Shown: one piece after another, positions 11,012 through 19,821 of the stretch
How positions within the stretch are numbered: the stretch's first letter is position 1
How the letters are laid out: each line of letters starts with the position of its first letter
From: Actinomycetes bacterium
GTDB lineage: Bacteria; Actinomycetota; Actinomycetes; S36-B12
Assembly: GCA_037130755.1 (NCBI GenBank)
Contig: JBAXSI010000001.1
Span: 75,156-139,155 of the forward strand
Direction of reading: 5' to 3'
Length of the DNA: 64,000 bases
Notes under the pieces: generated by a model
The model's database searches: none
Told to the model about the DNA's origin: nothing
What the model saw: only the letters and a program-made list of their open reading frames with translations
Translations under genes and position numbers: made by a program

Positions 11012-11572
11012 TCAGTCCACGGCGTAGTGAAGCAGGGTCACGCCACTGCCGAAGCTGCGCGTGCCCACCAGCCTCAACCTGAGATCGCCGCCTGAGTCGG
11101 AGAACAGGTGCCGTCCGGCCCCGAGCACGACCGGGTGCACGTAGAGGCGGAGTTCGTCGACCAGACCGAGCCGCAGGAAGGTGGCAGCCAGGTCGGCACC
11201 GCCCACGGCGAGGTCGCCGCTGGCGCGCGCACGCAGTTCCTCGACATCCTCGGGCAGCACCTCCCTGACGAGTTCGGCGTGCCACGCCACCGAGTCCAGT
11301 GTCCGCGAGTAGACCACCTTGGGCATGTCGCGCCAGATCCCGGCGAAGTCGACCTCGGCCGGTGTCGCCGTCGGGTCGGCGTCGGCCGTCGGCCAGTAGC
11401 CGGCCATCAGCTCGTACGTCAGGCGCCCGTCAAGGAACGCGCCCATCGGCCGGAGCACGTCGTTGAAGTGCTGGTGCAGCTCCTCGTCGATGGTCTGCCA
11501 GGAAAGGGAGCCATCCGGTCCCTCGAACCGGCCGTCCAGCGACACCGATGCCATGAGGATGATTCGGTTCAC
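11012..11572 (-). CDS. Dihydrofolate-reductase-family protein (RibD C-terminal domain)
   Basis: Only the last 186 codons of ORF 11012..12391 look real (VNRIILMASVSLDGRFEGPDGSLSW ... LRLYVHPVVLGAGRHLF). GTG at 11572; an ATG alternative is at 11554. The upstream part of the ORF is antisense to pafA. Confidence 0.7.
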   Translation of the reverse strand: MNRIILMASVSLDGRFEGPDGSLSWQTIDEELHQHFNDVLRPMGAFLDGRLTYELMAGYWPTADADPTATPAEVDFAGIWRDMPKVVYSRTLDSVAWHAELVREVLPEDVEELRARASGDLAVGGADLAATFLRLGLVDELRLYVHPVVLGAGRHLFSDSGGDLRLRLVGTRSFGSGVTLLHYAVD

Positions 11573-11620
11573 CAAGTCGCCCTTCTGCGCGCATAACGGA
11601 TATCGCCGTACTGTAGAGCC

Positions 11621-12991
11621 GTGGACCGCAGGATCTTCGGCATCGAGACGGAGTATGGGGTCACCTGCACCTTCAACGGCCAGCGCCGCCTGAGTCCGGA
11701 CGAGGTGGCCCGCTACCTCTTTCGCCGGGTCGTGGCGTGGGGCCGCAGCAGCAACGTCTTCCTCACCAACGGCTCGCGGCTGTACCTGGACGTGGGCAGC
11801 CACCCCGAGTACGCCACAGCCGAGTGCGATCAGATCCCGCAGCTGGTCACTCACGACAAGGCAGGGGAGCGGATCCTCGAGGGCCTGGTCACCGATGCCG
11901 AGATGCGATTGCGCGAGGAGGGCATCTTCGGGGACATCTACCTGTTCAAGAACAACACCGACTCGGCCGGCAACTCCTACGGCTGCCATGAGAACTTCCT
12001 TGTGGACCGGCGTGGCGAGTTCGCCCGACTGGCCGAGCGGTTCATCCCGTTCCTGATCTCGCGTCAGCTCATCGCCGGCGCGGGCAAGGTGATGCAGACG
12101 CCGCGGGGCGCCGTGTACTGCCTGAGCCAGCGGGCCGACCACATGTGGGAAGGCGTCTCCAGCGCGACGACGCGATCGCGTCCGATCATCAACACACGCG
12201 ACGAGCCCCATGCCGATGCCGACCTCTACCGCCGACTGCACGTCATCGTTGGTGACAGCAACATGAGCGAGACCACCACACTGCTCAAGGTCGGTTCCGC
12301 GGATCTCGTGCTGCGCATGCTCGAAGCGGGCGTGGTGATGCGCGACATGTCGCTGGAGAACCCCATCCGCGCCATCCGGGAGATGAGTCACGACATCACC
12401 GGCAAGCGGCCGGTGAAGCTCACGACCGGTCGCGAACTCTCAGCGCTTGCGATGCAGTGGGAGTACTTCGAGAAGGCTGCCGATTTCGCCGAGCGGCGCG
12501 GCCTCGTCGACGAGCCGACTGGGGTGACGCGGCGTGTTCTGGAGCTGTGGGGCCGTACGCTGAAGGCCGTCGAGGCCGAGGACACGTCGTTGATCGATCG
12601 CGAGATCGACTGGGCGATCAAGCGTCGCCTGCTGCAGCGATACATGGACAAGCACGACCTGGGCCTCGACTCGGCGCGCATCGCCCAGCTCGATTTGGCG
12701 TACCACGACATCAACCGCCACCGCGGCCTGTACTACATGCTCGAACGCCGTGGCATGGTCGAACGGGTCACAAACGACCTGTCCATCTTCGAGGCGAAGT
12801 CGGTGCCGCCGCAGACCACGCGAGCCAAGCTGCGCGGCGACTTCGTCAGGCGCGCGCAGGAGCGCCGCCGCGACTTCACGGTCGACTGGGTGCACCTGAA
12901 GCTCAACGACCAGGCCCAGCGGACCGTGCTCTGCAAGGACCCATTCGCGAGCGTCGACGAACGCGTCGAACGGCTCATCGCGAGCATGTGA
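11621..12991 (+). CDS. pafA: Pup-protein ligase
   Basis: 456 aa. [13 protein letters not shown] start, paralogous to the Dop ORF but shorter, and in the position downstream of prcA. Confidence 0.9.
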   Translation: MDRRIFGIETEYGVTCTFNGQRRLSPDEVARYLFRRVVAWGRSSNVFLTNGSRLYLDVGSHPEYATAECDQIPQLVTHDKAGERILEGLVTDAEMRLREEGIFGDIYLFKNNTDSAGNSYGCHENFLVDRRGEFARLAERFIPFLISRQLIAGAGKVMQTPRGAVYCLSQRADHMWEGVSSATTRSRPIINTRDEPHADADLYRRLHVIVGDSNMSETTTLLKVGSADLVLRMLEAGVVMRDMSLENPIRAIREMSHDITGKRPVKLTTGRELSALAMQWEYFEKAADFAERRGLVDEPTGVTRRVLELWGRTLKAVEAEDTSLIDREIDWAIKRRLLQRYMDKHDLGLDSARIAQLDLAYHDINRHRGLYYMLERRGMVERVTNDLSIFEAKSVPPQTTRAKLRGDFVRRAQERRRDFTVDWVHLKLNDQAQRTVLCKDPFASVDERVERLIASM

Positions 12992-13011
12992 CCATCAGTT
13001 AGGCTAGCCGG

Positions 13012-13710
13012 GTGAAGAAGCCCCTGCTCGCGGCCACGGCCGTCGTCCTGATCCTCTCCGTCGCCGCCTGCGGCAAGCAGACCGACGATCGCGTGTCGGG
13101 ATCCTCGGCTCCCGCGGCGTCGGCCCCCGCGGCGTCGGCTCCGGCCGCGTCGGCTCCGGCCGCGTCGGCCCCCGCGGCCTCCGCGCCTGCTGCCTCAGCG
13201 AACCCATCGGCTGTCCAGTCGTCCCTGGCGGCGCTCGCGCCCTTCGTGACCGTGGACTGCACCAGTGGCCAGGTGAGCCCGACCGACCAGCCGTCGCCCA
13301 ACGGGACCACCATCGGCTCGGTCACCGGCGTGATCCAGCCCAACGGGGCCCCGGCAATCACCGTCGCCACCGACGCGGTTCCCGCGACCGAGCTGGGCGT
13401 GGCCGACATGACGGAGGGCAGTGGCGCGGCCGTCAAGGCGGGCGACACCCTCACCGTGAACTACTGCGGCGTAGGCCTCGGTGGCAAGGCCCTCTTCGAC
13501 TCCTCGTACAGCCGCGGCACGCCTGCCACCTTCCCGCTCGACGGCGTCATCGCCGGCTGGCAGCAGGGCCTGGTGGGCATGAAGGAGGGCGGCACCCGCC
13601 TCCTGGTCATCCCGGGCGCACTGGCCTACGGCGCCAACCCGCCCGGCGGCAGCGGCATCCAGCCCGACGAGACGCTGATCTTCATCGTCGAGCTCGCCAA
13701 GATCGGCTAG
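13012..13710 (+). CDS. FKBP-type peptidyl-prolyl isomerase, lipoprotein
   Basis: 232 aa. Signal peptide with lipobox VAAC, an (SAPAA)x6 linker, and a C-terminal FKBP domain (FDSSYSRGTPATFPL, VIAGWQQGLVGMKEGGTR, IPGALAYG). Confidence 0.85.
   Translation: MKKPLLAATAVVLILSVAACGKQTDDRVSGSSAPAASAPAASAPAASAPAASAPAASAPAASANPSAVQSSLAALAPFVTVDCTSGQVSPTDQPSPNGTTIGSVTGVIQPNGAPAITVATDAVPATELGVADMTEGSGAAVKAGDTLTVNYCGVGLGGKALFDSSYSRGTPATFPLDGVIAGWQQGLVGMKEGGTRLLVIPGALAYGANPPGGSGIQPDETLIFIVELAKIG
13105..13194 (+). repeat. Six tandem 15-nt units encoding (SAPAA)6 inside the FKBP lipoprotein gene
   Basis: The peptide SAPAASAPAASAPAASAPAASAPAASAPAA can be read directly. The nucleotide units differ only at wobble positions. 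Confidence 0.8.
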
Positions 13711-13769
13711 ACACCTCGCACGGACCGCAGTTCCCTTCGCTCGTCCACGTCCACTCCCAGGGAGACCGC

Positions 13770-14132
13770 ATGGCAGCCAAGCCGGAGATCGACTTCATCG
13801 AGGGTCCCGCCCCCGACGAGCTGGTCATCACCGATCTCATCGTCGGTGACGGCGCCGAGGCGGTGCCCGGCGGTCGAGTCGAGGTGCACTACGTGGGCGT
13901 CGAGTTCGAGACCGGCGAGCAGTTCGACGCGTCGTGGGATCGCGGCGAGTCGATTACCTTCCCCCTCAACGGGCTCATCGCAGGTTGGCAGGAGGGCATC
14001 CCCGGCATGCGCGTCGGCGGCCGTCGCCAGCTGGTCATCCCCCCGGCACTGGCCTACGGCGAGGCCGGCGGCGGTCACCGGCTGAGCGGACGCACATTGG
14101 TCTTCGTGATCGACCTACTCAACGTCGGATAG
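13770..14132 (+). CDS. FKBP-type peptidyl-prolyl isomerase (cytoplasmic)
   Basis: 120 aa. VHYVGVEFETGEQFDASWDRGESITFPLNGLIAGWQEGIPGMRVGGRR. Confidence 0.9.
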   Translation: MAAKPEIDFIEGPAPDELVITDLIVGDGAEAVPGGRVEVHYVGVEFETGEQFDASWDRGESITFPLNGLIAGWQEGIPGMRVGGRRQLVIPPALAYGEAGGGHRLSGRTLVFVIDLLNVG

Positions 14133-14139
14133 TCAACAG

Positions 14140-15123
14140 ATGACCGAGCGGGTCGATCGCACCGAGCGGCTCCTCAACCTCGTCATCTGCCTGATGGCCA
14201 CGCACGGGACCGTCTCCCGCAGCGACATCCAGCGGCAGATTCCCGGCTACGGCGAATCGGCGTCTCCGACGGCCTTCGAGCGCATGTTCGAGCGCGACAA
14301 GGACGAACTGAGGTCGATGGGCATTCCCATCGAGACCGTGACGGACGCCTCAGGCGAGGTCCAGGGCTACCGCATCCCGCGGGACTCCTACGTGCTGGAG
14401 AACCTCGACTTCACCTTCGAGGAGCGTGCCGCGATCGCGGTTGCGGCACAAGTGTGGGGGACTGCGGCGATCGGCCCTGTCGCTGGTACAGCGGTGCGCA
14501 AGCTCGAGGCCGTGGACTCCGACGGCTGGTCGCCAGCCGCCCTCGCGGGCTCGGTCCAGGTGACCTCGTCCGATGCCGCCCTGCTGCCGTTGATGAGCGC
14601 CATCCGTGCGGACCGCATCGTGACCTTCGCCTACCGCACCCCCGCCGACCCGGAGGCCCGACAGCGTGAGGTCTCGCCATGGGGACTGCGAGCCTCGTCC
14701 GGTCGATGGTTCCTCGTCGGCTTCGACGAGCAGCGTGACGCAGTCCGCACCTTTCGGCTGTCGAGGATCGCCGGCCCCGTCACCGTGACGGCCCGGACGA
14801 GAACCCATCCGCCCGCGCCGGACTTCGACATCGCCACCGTCAATCGACCTGATGACGAGCCCACTGTGACCGCGACCGTCCGTGTTGCGCCCGGCAGGGT
14901 CGCCTCACTCCGACGGATGGCTGCTCCTGGCCCCGAAGGTGCTCCCGCGGATGAGCTCACGATCCAGGCCTCGTCTCGTGACGGCCTCATCTCCCTCATC
15001 TGTGCGGCGGGTGCAGATGCAGTGGCCTTGGCTCCCCAGGAACTCGTGGCCGACGTGGTCGCCTCGCTGGCGGCCGTTCGAGACGCCCATTCGTCAGGCG
15101 CTGCGGACGGGAGAGTCTCATGA
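14140..15123 (+). CDS. pafB: HTH/WYL-domain regulator PafB
   Basis: 327 aa. N-terminal winged HTH (RLLNLVICLMATHGTVSRSDI) and a WYL-like core (RWFLVGFD). ATGA overlap with the paralogous next gene. Confidence 0.85.
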   Translation: MTERVDRTERLLNLVICLMATHGTVSRSDIQRQIPGYGESASPTAFERMFERDKDELRSMGIPIETVTDASGEVQGYRIPRDSYVLENLDFTFEERAAIAVAAQVWGTAAIGPVAGTAVRKLEAVDSDGWSPAALAGSVQVTSSDAALLPLMSAIRADRIVTFAYRTPADPEARQREVSPWGLRASSGRWFLVGFDEQRDAVRTFRLSRIAGPVTVTARTRTHPPAPDFDIATVNRPDDEPTVTATVRVAPGRVASLRRMAAPGPEGAPADELTIQASSRDGLISLICAAGADAVALAPQELVADVVASLAAVRDAHSSGAADGRVS

Positions 15124-16067
15124 CGGCGGCCGACCGGCTAGCCAGGCTCCTGGCCCTCGTGCCCTGGCTGATGGCCCACGACGGGGTCAGCATCACCGAC
15201 TGCGCCGAGCACTTCGGGGTGAGCGAGCAGCAGCTCGAAGTGGACCTGTGGCTGCTGGTCGTCTGCGGCCTGCCCGGATACGGGCCCGACCAACTCGTCG
15301 ATATCGACTTCTGGGAAGACGGCCGCATCCACGTGCTCGATCCGCAGACTCTGGCGCGGCCGCTGCGACTGACGAGCGAGGAGGCGACGACGCTGCTGAT
15401 CGCCCTTCGGATGCTGGCGCAGCTGCCGGGAGTGCAGGATCGCGCAGCCGTCCTGTCCGCCGCCGCGAAGCTCGAGGAGGCCGCGAACCTCGCTGCGGCC
15501 GGTCGGTACGTCGCCATCGACGTCGGGGTGGCACCCGAGGTGCGCGAGGCCGTCGACGCCGCCCTGCGCGACCATCGCCAGATCACGATCGAATACGCAG
15601 CTGCCACCCGCGACGAGGTGACCACCCGGACCGTCGAGCCGCGCCGGCTGTTCACGGTCGACGGCGTGAGCTACCTCGAGGCCCACTGCCTGTCAGCCGG
15701 AGCCCTACGGACGTTCCGGCTCGATCGAGTCGTTCAGGCCGTCGTCGGCGAGGCCTTCGAGCCTGCCCCAACGGAGCCGGGCCCTAAGTCGGACTCAGGT
15801 GAACCTCAGGGACCGCGGCCACCGGCGCGAACGGCCACGCTGCTTCTGGAGCCCTCGGCCCGATGGATCATCGACGTTCACCAGGCCGCCGAGGACCCCG
15901 CCCCACGGCCAGATGAGCGCACACAGGTGACTTTGCCCCTGCATTCGGACGACTGGGCGGTCCGGCTGGTGCTGTCCCTTCGCGGGGCGGCCACCGTCAT
16001 CGAGCCGCCGGAACTGCGGGCGGCCGTGCAGGAGGCGTCCACGCGGGCTTGGGCGGCGTACCCTTAA
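15120..16067 (+). CDS. pafC: HTH/WYL-domain regulator PafC
   Basis: 315 aa, paralogous to PafB (RLLALVPWLMAHDGVSITD; VSYLEAHC). Conserved position before tatA. Confidence 0.85.
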   Translation: MTAADRLARLLALVPWLMAHDGVSITDCAEHFGVSEQQLEVDLWLLVVCGLPGYGPDQLVDIDFWEDGRIHVLDPQTLARPLRLTSEEATTLLIALRMLAQLPGVQDRAAVLSAAAKLEEAANLAAAGRYVAIDVGVAPEVREAVDAALRDHRQITIEYAAATRDEVTTRTVEPRRLFTVDGVSYLEAHCLSAGALRTFRLDRVVQAVVGEAFEPAPTEPGPKSDSGEPQGPRPPARTATLLLEPSARWIIDVHQAAEDPAPRPDERTQVTLPLHSDDWAVRLVLSLRGAATVIEPPELRAAVQEASTRAWAAYP

Positions 16068-16124
16068 CCCCTAAGGTAAGCGGACCCGGTTTTCCGGGCC
16101 GGGGACAAACGAGGGAGATCGACC

Positions 16125-16469
16125 ATGTTGGGTCAACTGCGGGGCTGGGAATGGCTCATCATTGTCGCCTTGATTCTGCTCCTTTTCGGGGCGAAGCGAC
16201 TTCCCGATGCGGCGCGCGGCCTAGGCCGTTCGATGCGCATCTTCAAGGCTGAGACCAAGGGCCTCATGGAGGACGGCACAACCGCCCCGGCTGAGACGCC
16301 TGACGCGGCCGCACCGGCCGCGCCCGCGGTCCAGGCCGCACCGGCGGCACCCGCTGTCCAGGCCGCTCCCGCTGCGCCCGCTGAGCTGCCGCCCGCGGCC
16401 CAGGCTCCGGCAGCGCCGCCCGCCGCTCAGCCCGCACCGGTCGAGCAGCCGGAGCGGACCGAAGGCTGA
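16125..16469 (+). CDS. tatA: Twin-arginine translocase subunit TatA/E
   Basis: 114 aa. WEWLIIVALILLLFGAKRLPDAARGLGRSMRIFKAE is the canonical TM plus amphipathic helix. Long Ala/Pro tail. Confidence 0.9.
   Translation: MLGQLRGWEWLIIVALILLLFGAKRLPDAARGLGRSMRIFKAETKGLMEDGTTAPAETPDAAAPAAPAVQAAPAAPAVQAAPAAPAELPPAAQAPAAPPAAQPAPVEQPERTEG
16308..16388 (+). repeat. Three imperfect 27-nt tandem units (AAPAAPAVQ, AAPAAPAVQ, AAPAAPAEL) in the tatA tail
   Basis: Read directly from the translated tail and the underlying DNA. Confidence 0.7.
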
Positions 16470-16481
16470 TCCGGCCGCTGA

Positions 16482-17378
16482 ATGGCCCTCAAGGAATCCG
16501 GAGCTAAGGAAAGCGGTACGGCCCGACCGGGCGCGATGCCGCTGACCGAGCATCTGCGCGAACTCAGGAACAGGCTCGTCAAGGCGGGTCTGGCCATCGC
16601 CGTAGGCATGGTCGTCGGCTGGATCTATTACCCGCAGATTTTCGCGTGGCTCAGTGCGCCGTTCGACGCCGTGGTGACCCAGGCGAGAGCTGAGGGACGC
16701 ACTGTCACGCTGGCACTGACGGGCGTGGCCGACCCCTTCGTGCTGCAGATGCAGATGGCGGCGGTCTTCGGACTCATCCTTTCCTCGCCGGTGTGGCTGT
16801 ACCAACTGTGGCGGTTCGTGACCCCGGGGCTGCACCGCCATGAGCGGCGCTGGGCCCTCGGCTTCGTAGCCGTGGCCGTCCCGCTGTTCGGCGCCGGCGT
16901 GGCGCTGGCCTATACGATCCTGCCCCTGGGTCTGCAAGTCCTCTTCGGCTTCACCCCCGAGGGGGTCGAGAACATCGTCGCGGTGGACCGCTACCTGTCG
17001 TTCTTCCTTCGGATGATCCTGGTATTCGGCATCGGCTTCCTTGTGCCATTGATGCTCGTGCTCTTGAACTTTGCCGGGGTCCTTCCCGGGCAGCGTCTCC
17101 TGTCGTGGTGGCGCTGGATCATCGTCTCCGTCCTGGTTTTCGCCGCCGTCGCTACTCCCACCGGTGACCCGATCAACCTCATGCTGCTGGCCGGGCCGAT
17201 CCTCGCCCTCGTGATGCTCGCTGTCCTCATCGCGGTCCTCAACGACAAACGCCGGGCCCGCCGTCGCCGCTTGGCGGGGGAGCCGGACTACGAGGAACTC
17301 GACGACGACGAGATCTCACCCCTGGACGTGAACCCCACGCCCATTGACGACTCTCCGCCCCTGAATGAGACCCCCTAG
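16482..17378 (+). CDS. tatC: Twin-arginine translocase subunit TatC
   Basis: 298 aa. MPLTEHLRELRNRL start and six hydrophobic segments. Confidence 0.9.
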   Translation: MALKESGAKESGTARPGAMPLTEHLRELRNRLVKAGLAIAVGMVVGWIYYPQIFAWLSAPFDAVVTQARAEGRTVTLALTGVADPFVLQMQMAAVFGLILSSPVWLYQLWRFVTPGLHRHERRWALGFVAVAVPLFGAGVALAYTILPLGLQVLFGFTPEGVENIVAVDRYLSFFLRMILVFGIGFLVPLMLVLLNFAGVLPGQRLLSWWRWIIVSVLVFAAVATPTGDPINLMLLAGPILALVMLAVLIAVLNDKRRARRRRLAGEPDYEELDDDEISPLDVNPTPIDDSPPLNETP

Positions 17379-17455
17379 AAGGCTGCCCGAAAAGTCTCCA
17401 TCCCGTCCACATGCCTTAGATAATCGCCAATGAGGCAGGGTTAAGGGGATTCCTC

Positions 17456-18778
17456 ATGGGGCAGCGAGTGGAGCGGGTCGACGTGGGCGGGGTCACAGCG
17501 GACCTTGCCGATGTCCGTCTACGCGCGACGTTGGACTCACTGCTCGACCCCCATGTGATCCTCACGGCCATCCGCGCCGCCGATGGGCACATCGTCGACT
17601 TCCGGTACGACGACGTCAACGAGGCTGCGTGCGAGGACGTCCACATCGCTCGCGAGGACTTCCTTGGCCAGACCCTGCTCGACCTGTTCCCGAACGCTGC
17701 GGACGGGCTCTTCGGTCTTTTGGCAGATGTCGTCGAAACCGGAATTCCTGTGGTCCTGGACGCCGCACCCTTCGAGAACAATCAACTCGGGCAGTGGCGC
17801 TTCTATGACGTCCGCGGCGTTCGCCTCGACGACAGCGTGGTCGTCACGATGCGCGATGTCACCGACAGGCACGAAGCAAGTCGCCAACTTGCCCAATCCG
17901 AGGAGCGATACCGACTTCTTGCCGAGAACGCCTGGGACTGCATCTGGACGATGGAAATCGACGGGACCATCTCGTACATCAGTCCATCGGTCGAGCGGAT
18001 GCGTGGGATCACGCCGGCTGAGGCTGCGGTCCAGACTCTGGACCAGATCCACACCCCGGATTCGGCGGCACAGGTCGGTCAGTACTTCGCCGACCTGTAC
18101 GCCGCGATGGCAGCGGGAACCGTGCCCCCGATCTATCACGGGGAGCGCGAGTACTACCGCAAGGATGGGTCGATCATGTTCGGCGAACTGCAGGTTATCC
18201 CTCAGGTCGACGCTGACGGTCGCGTCGTGCGCATTCTCGGCGTCACACGCGACATCAGCGAGCGCAGGAGCTACGAGGAGCAACTCGCCCGACTGGCGAT
18301 TACCGATCCCCTCACAGGAGTTCTGAACCGCCGACACGGCGAGCAGATCTTCACCGCTGACCTCGCTGAAGCGCGGCGGTACGGACCACCGCTGACGATG
18401 CTCATGGTCGACATCGACCACTTCAAGGCGGTGAATGACACGCACGGGCATCAAGTCGGCGACGAGGTCCTGACGGAGTTGACGCGTCGGCTGACCGCAA
18501 ACCTGCGACCATCAGATGTACTGGCGCGATGGGGTGGAGACGAATTCGTCATCGTGATGCGCCATTGCGCCATCGCCGATGGATTGATCGTTGCCGAGAA
18601 GCTCCGCGACCTCGTCGCCGGTGCGCCCTTCGACAACGTGGGCCAGGCAACTGTGAGCATCGGCGCCGCCGAACTCAAGGCGGACGATGACCTCGCATCG
18701 TGGCTCGCCCGTACCGACGCCGCGATGTATACGGCCAAGTCCACCGGACGAAACGCCGTGAGCGCCGGCGTCGCCTGA
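17456..18778 (+). CDS. PAS-PAS-GGDEF diguanylate cyclase
   Basis: 440 aa. Two PAS-like regions. The GGDEF domain has an intact RWGGDEFVIV and an RxxD I-site (RPSD) five residues upstream. No EAL or HD-GYP domain. Confidence 0.85.
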   Translation: MGQRVERVDVGGVTADLADVRLRATLDSLLDPHVILTAIRAADGHIVDFRYDDVNEAACEDVHIAREDFLGQTLLDLFPNAADGLFGLLADVVETGIPVVLDAAPFENNQLGQWRFYDVRGVRLDDSVVVTMRDVTDRHEASRQLAQSEERYRLLAENAWDCIWTMEIDGTISYISPSVERMRGITPAEAAVQTLDQIHTPDSAAQVGQYFADLYAAMAAGTVPPIYHGEREYYRKDGSIMFGELQVIPQVDADGRVVRILGVTRDISERRSYEEQLARLAITDPLTGVLNRRHGEQIFTADLAEARRYGPPLTMLMVDIDHFKAVNDTHGHQVGDEVLTELTRRLTANLRPSDVLARWGGDEFVIVMRHCAIADGLIVAEKLRDLVAGAPFDNVGQATVSIGAAELKADDDLASWLARTDAAMYTAKSTGRNAVSAGVA

Positions 18779-18881
18779 CCCTTCCCGTTACGGCGGTTCG
18801 GGCCCGATCCGCGAGTAGTGTGACGCCACCACGTGTTCGTCAATCACGCTGCTGCTCGCTGCCCGGGTTCCTGGAGGTCCG

Positions 18882-19793
18882 ATGCCCACGCAGGACGGTG
18901 GGGTCGTTTGGGTGATCGCCAACCCGATCGCCGGCTCCGGGCGTGGGTCGCGCCATGCGAGCGTGGTCATCAACGCGCTCCACTCCGCCGGAATAGCCTG
19001 CCGGCTGGTCACTCCGTCCTCCGTCGAGGCCACCCACAACGCCACGGCCCAGGCAGTGGCCTCCGATGCCCGAGCAGTCCTCGCCTGTGGGGGCGACGGC
19101 ACCGTGCACGTTGTCCTCCAGGAGATCGTGCACACGACCATCCCGTTCGGGATCGTCGCGGGCGGCTCCGGCGACGACATCGCCGCAAGCCTCGGCTTCC
19201 CAGTCCACGGTGGGCCAGCGATCGCCGAGCACGTTGTGAACGCCATCTCGCTGGGACGGACCCGACAGGTCGACGTCGGCACCGTCACCTGTGCCGACGG
19301 GTCGACCGAGTACTTCGTCGGAGTGCTGTCGACGGGCTTCGACTCGGCCGTCAACGAGCGGGCTAACCGCATGGCGCGCCTGGGCGGCCAGCGCTACAAC
19401 GTTGCGATCCTGCGGGAGTTGGCGTCCTTCAAGCCGGTTGCCTACGACGTCGTCATCGACGGGGAGCGCATTCAGGGCGAGGGGATGCTCGTCGCGATCG
19501 GCAACGGGCACCGCTACGGGGGCGGGATGCTCGTCTGCCCCTCCGCCAAACCCGATGACGGGATTCTTGACGTGACCTGGCTCGGCGCCGTTTCAACGCC
19601 GACCTTCCTGCGGGCACTTCCCTCGGTCTACAAGGGCACGCACGTGACGAAGTCGTTCGTCACGACGTACCGCGGCCGAAGCCTCACCATCGACGCAGCT
19701 GCGCAGATCGCCTACGCCGACGGCGAACGCGTGGGGCCACTGCCCATCGCCGTCGAGGCGCTGCCCGGCGTGCTCCGCGTGCTGGGCGGCTGA
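18882..19793 (+). CDS. Diacylglycerol-kinase-family lipid kinase
   Basis: 303 aa. VIANPIAGSGRG and the GGDGTVH catalytic-domain motifs. Confidence 0.8.
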   Translation: MPTQDGGVVWVIANPIAGSGRGSRHASVVINALHSAGIACRLVTPSSVEATHNATAQAVASDARAVLACGGDGTVHVVLQEIVHTTIPFGIVAGGSGDDIAASLGFPVHGGPAIAEHVVNAISLGRTRQVDVGTVTCADGSTEYFVGVLSTGFDSAVNERANRMARLGGQRYNVAILRELASFKPVAYDVVIDGERIQGEGMLVAIGNGHRYGGGMLVCPSAKPDDGILDVTWLGAVSTPTFLRALPSVYKGTHVTKSFVTTYRGRSLTIDAAAQIAYADGERVGPLPIAVEALPGVLRVLGG

Positions 19794-19821
19794 GCCCGGC
19801 CGAAGGCCGTAACCTGCTGTC

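Noticed and set aside
11573-12391. N-terminal 273-aa extension of the DHFR-family ORF; similar extensions at 53729..53950, 56804..56947, 61717..62499, 23472..23525, 27320..27445 and 30623..30718
   Set aside because: The extensions overlap neighbouring genes, are Arg-rich, and precede internal starts. Those internal starts give canonical N-termini or classic 4-nt stop/start overlaps.
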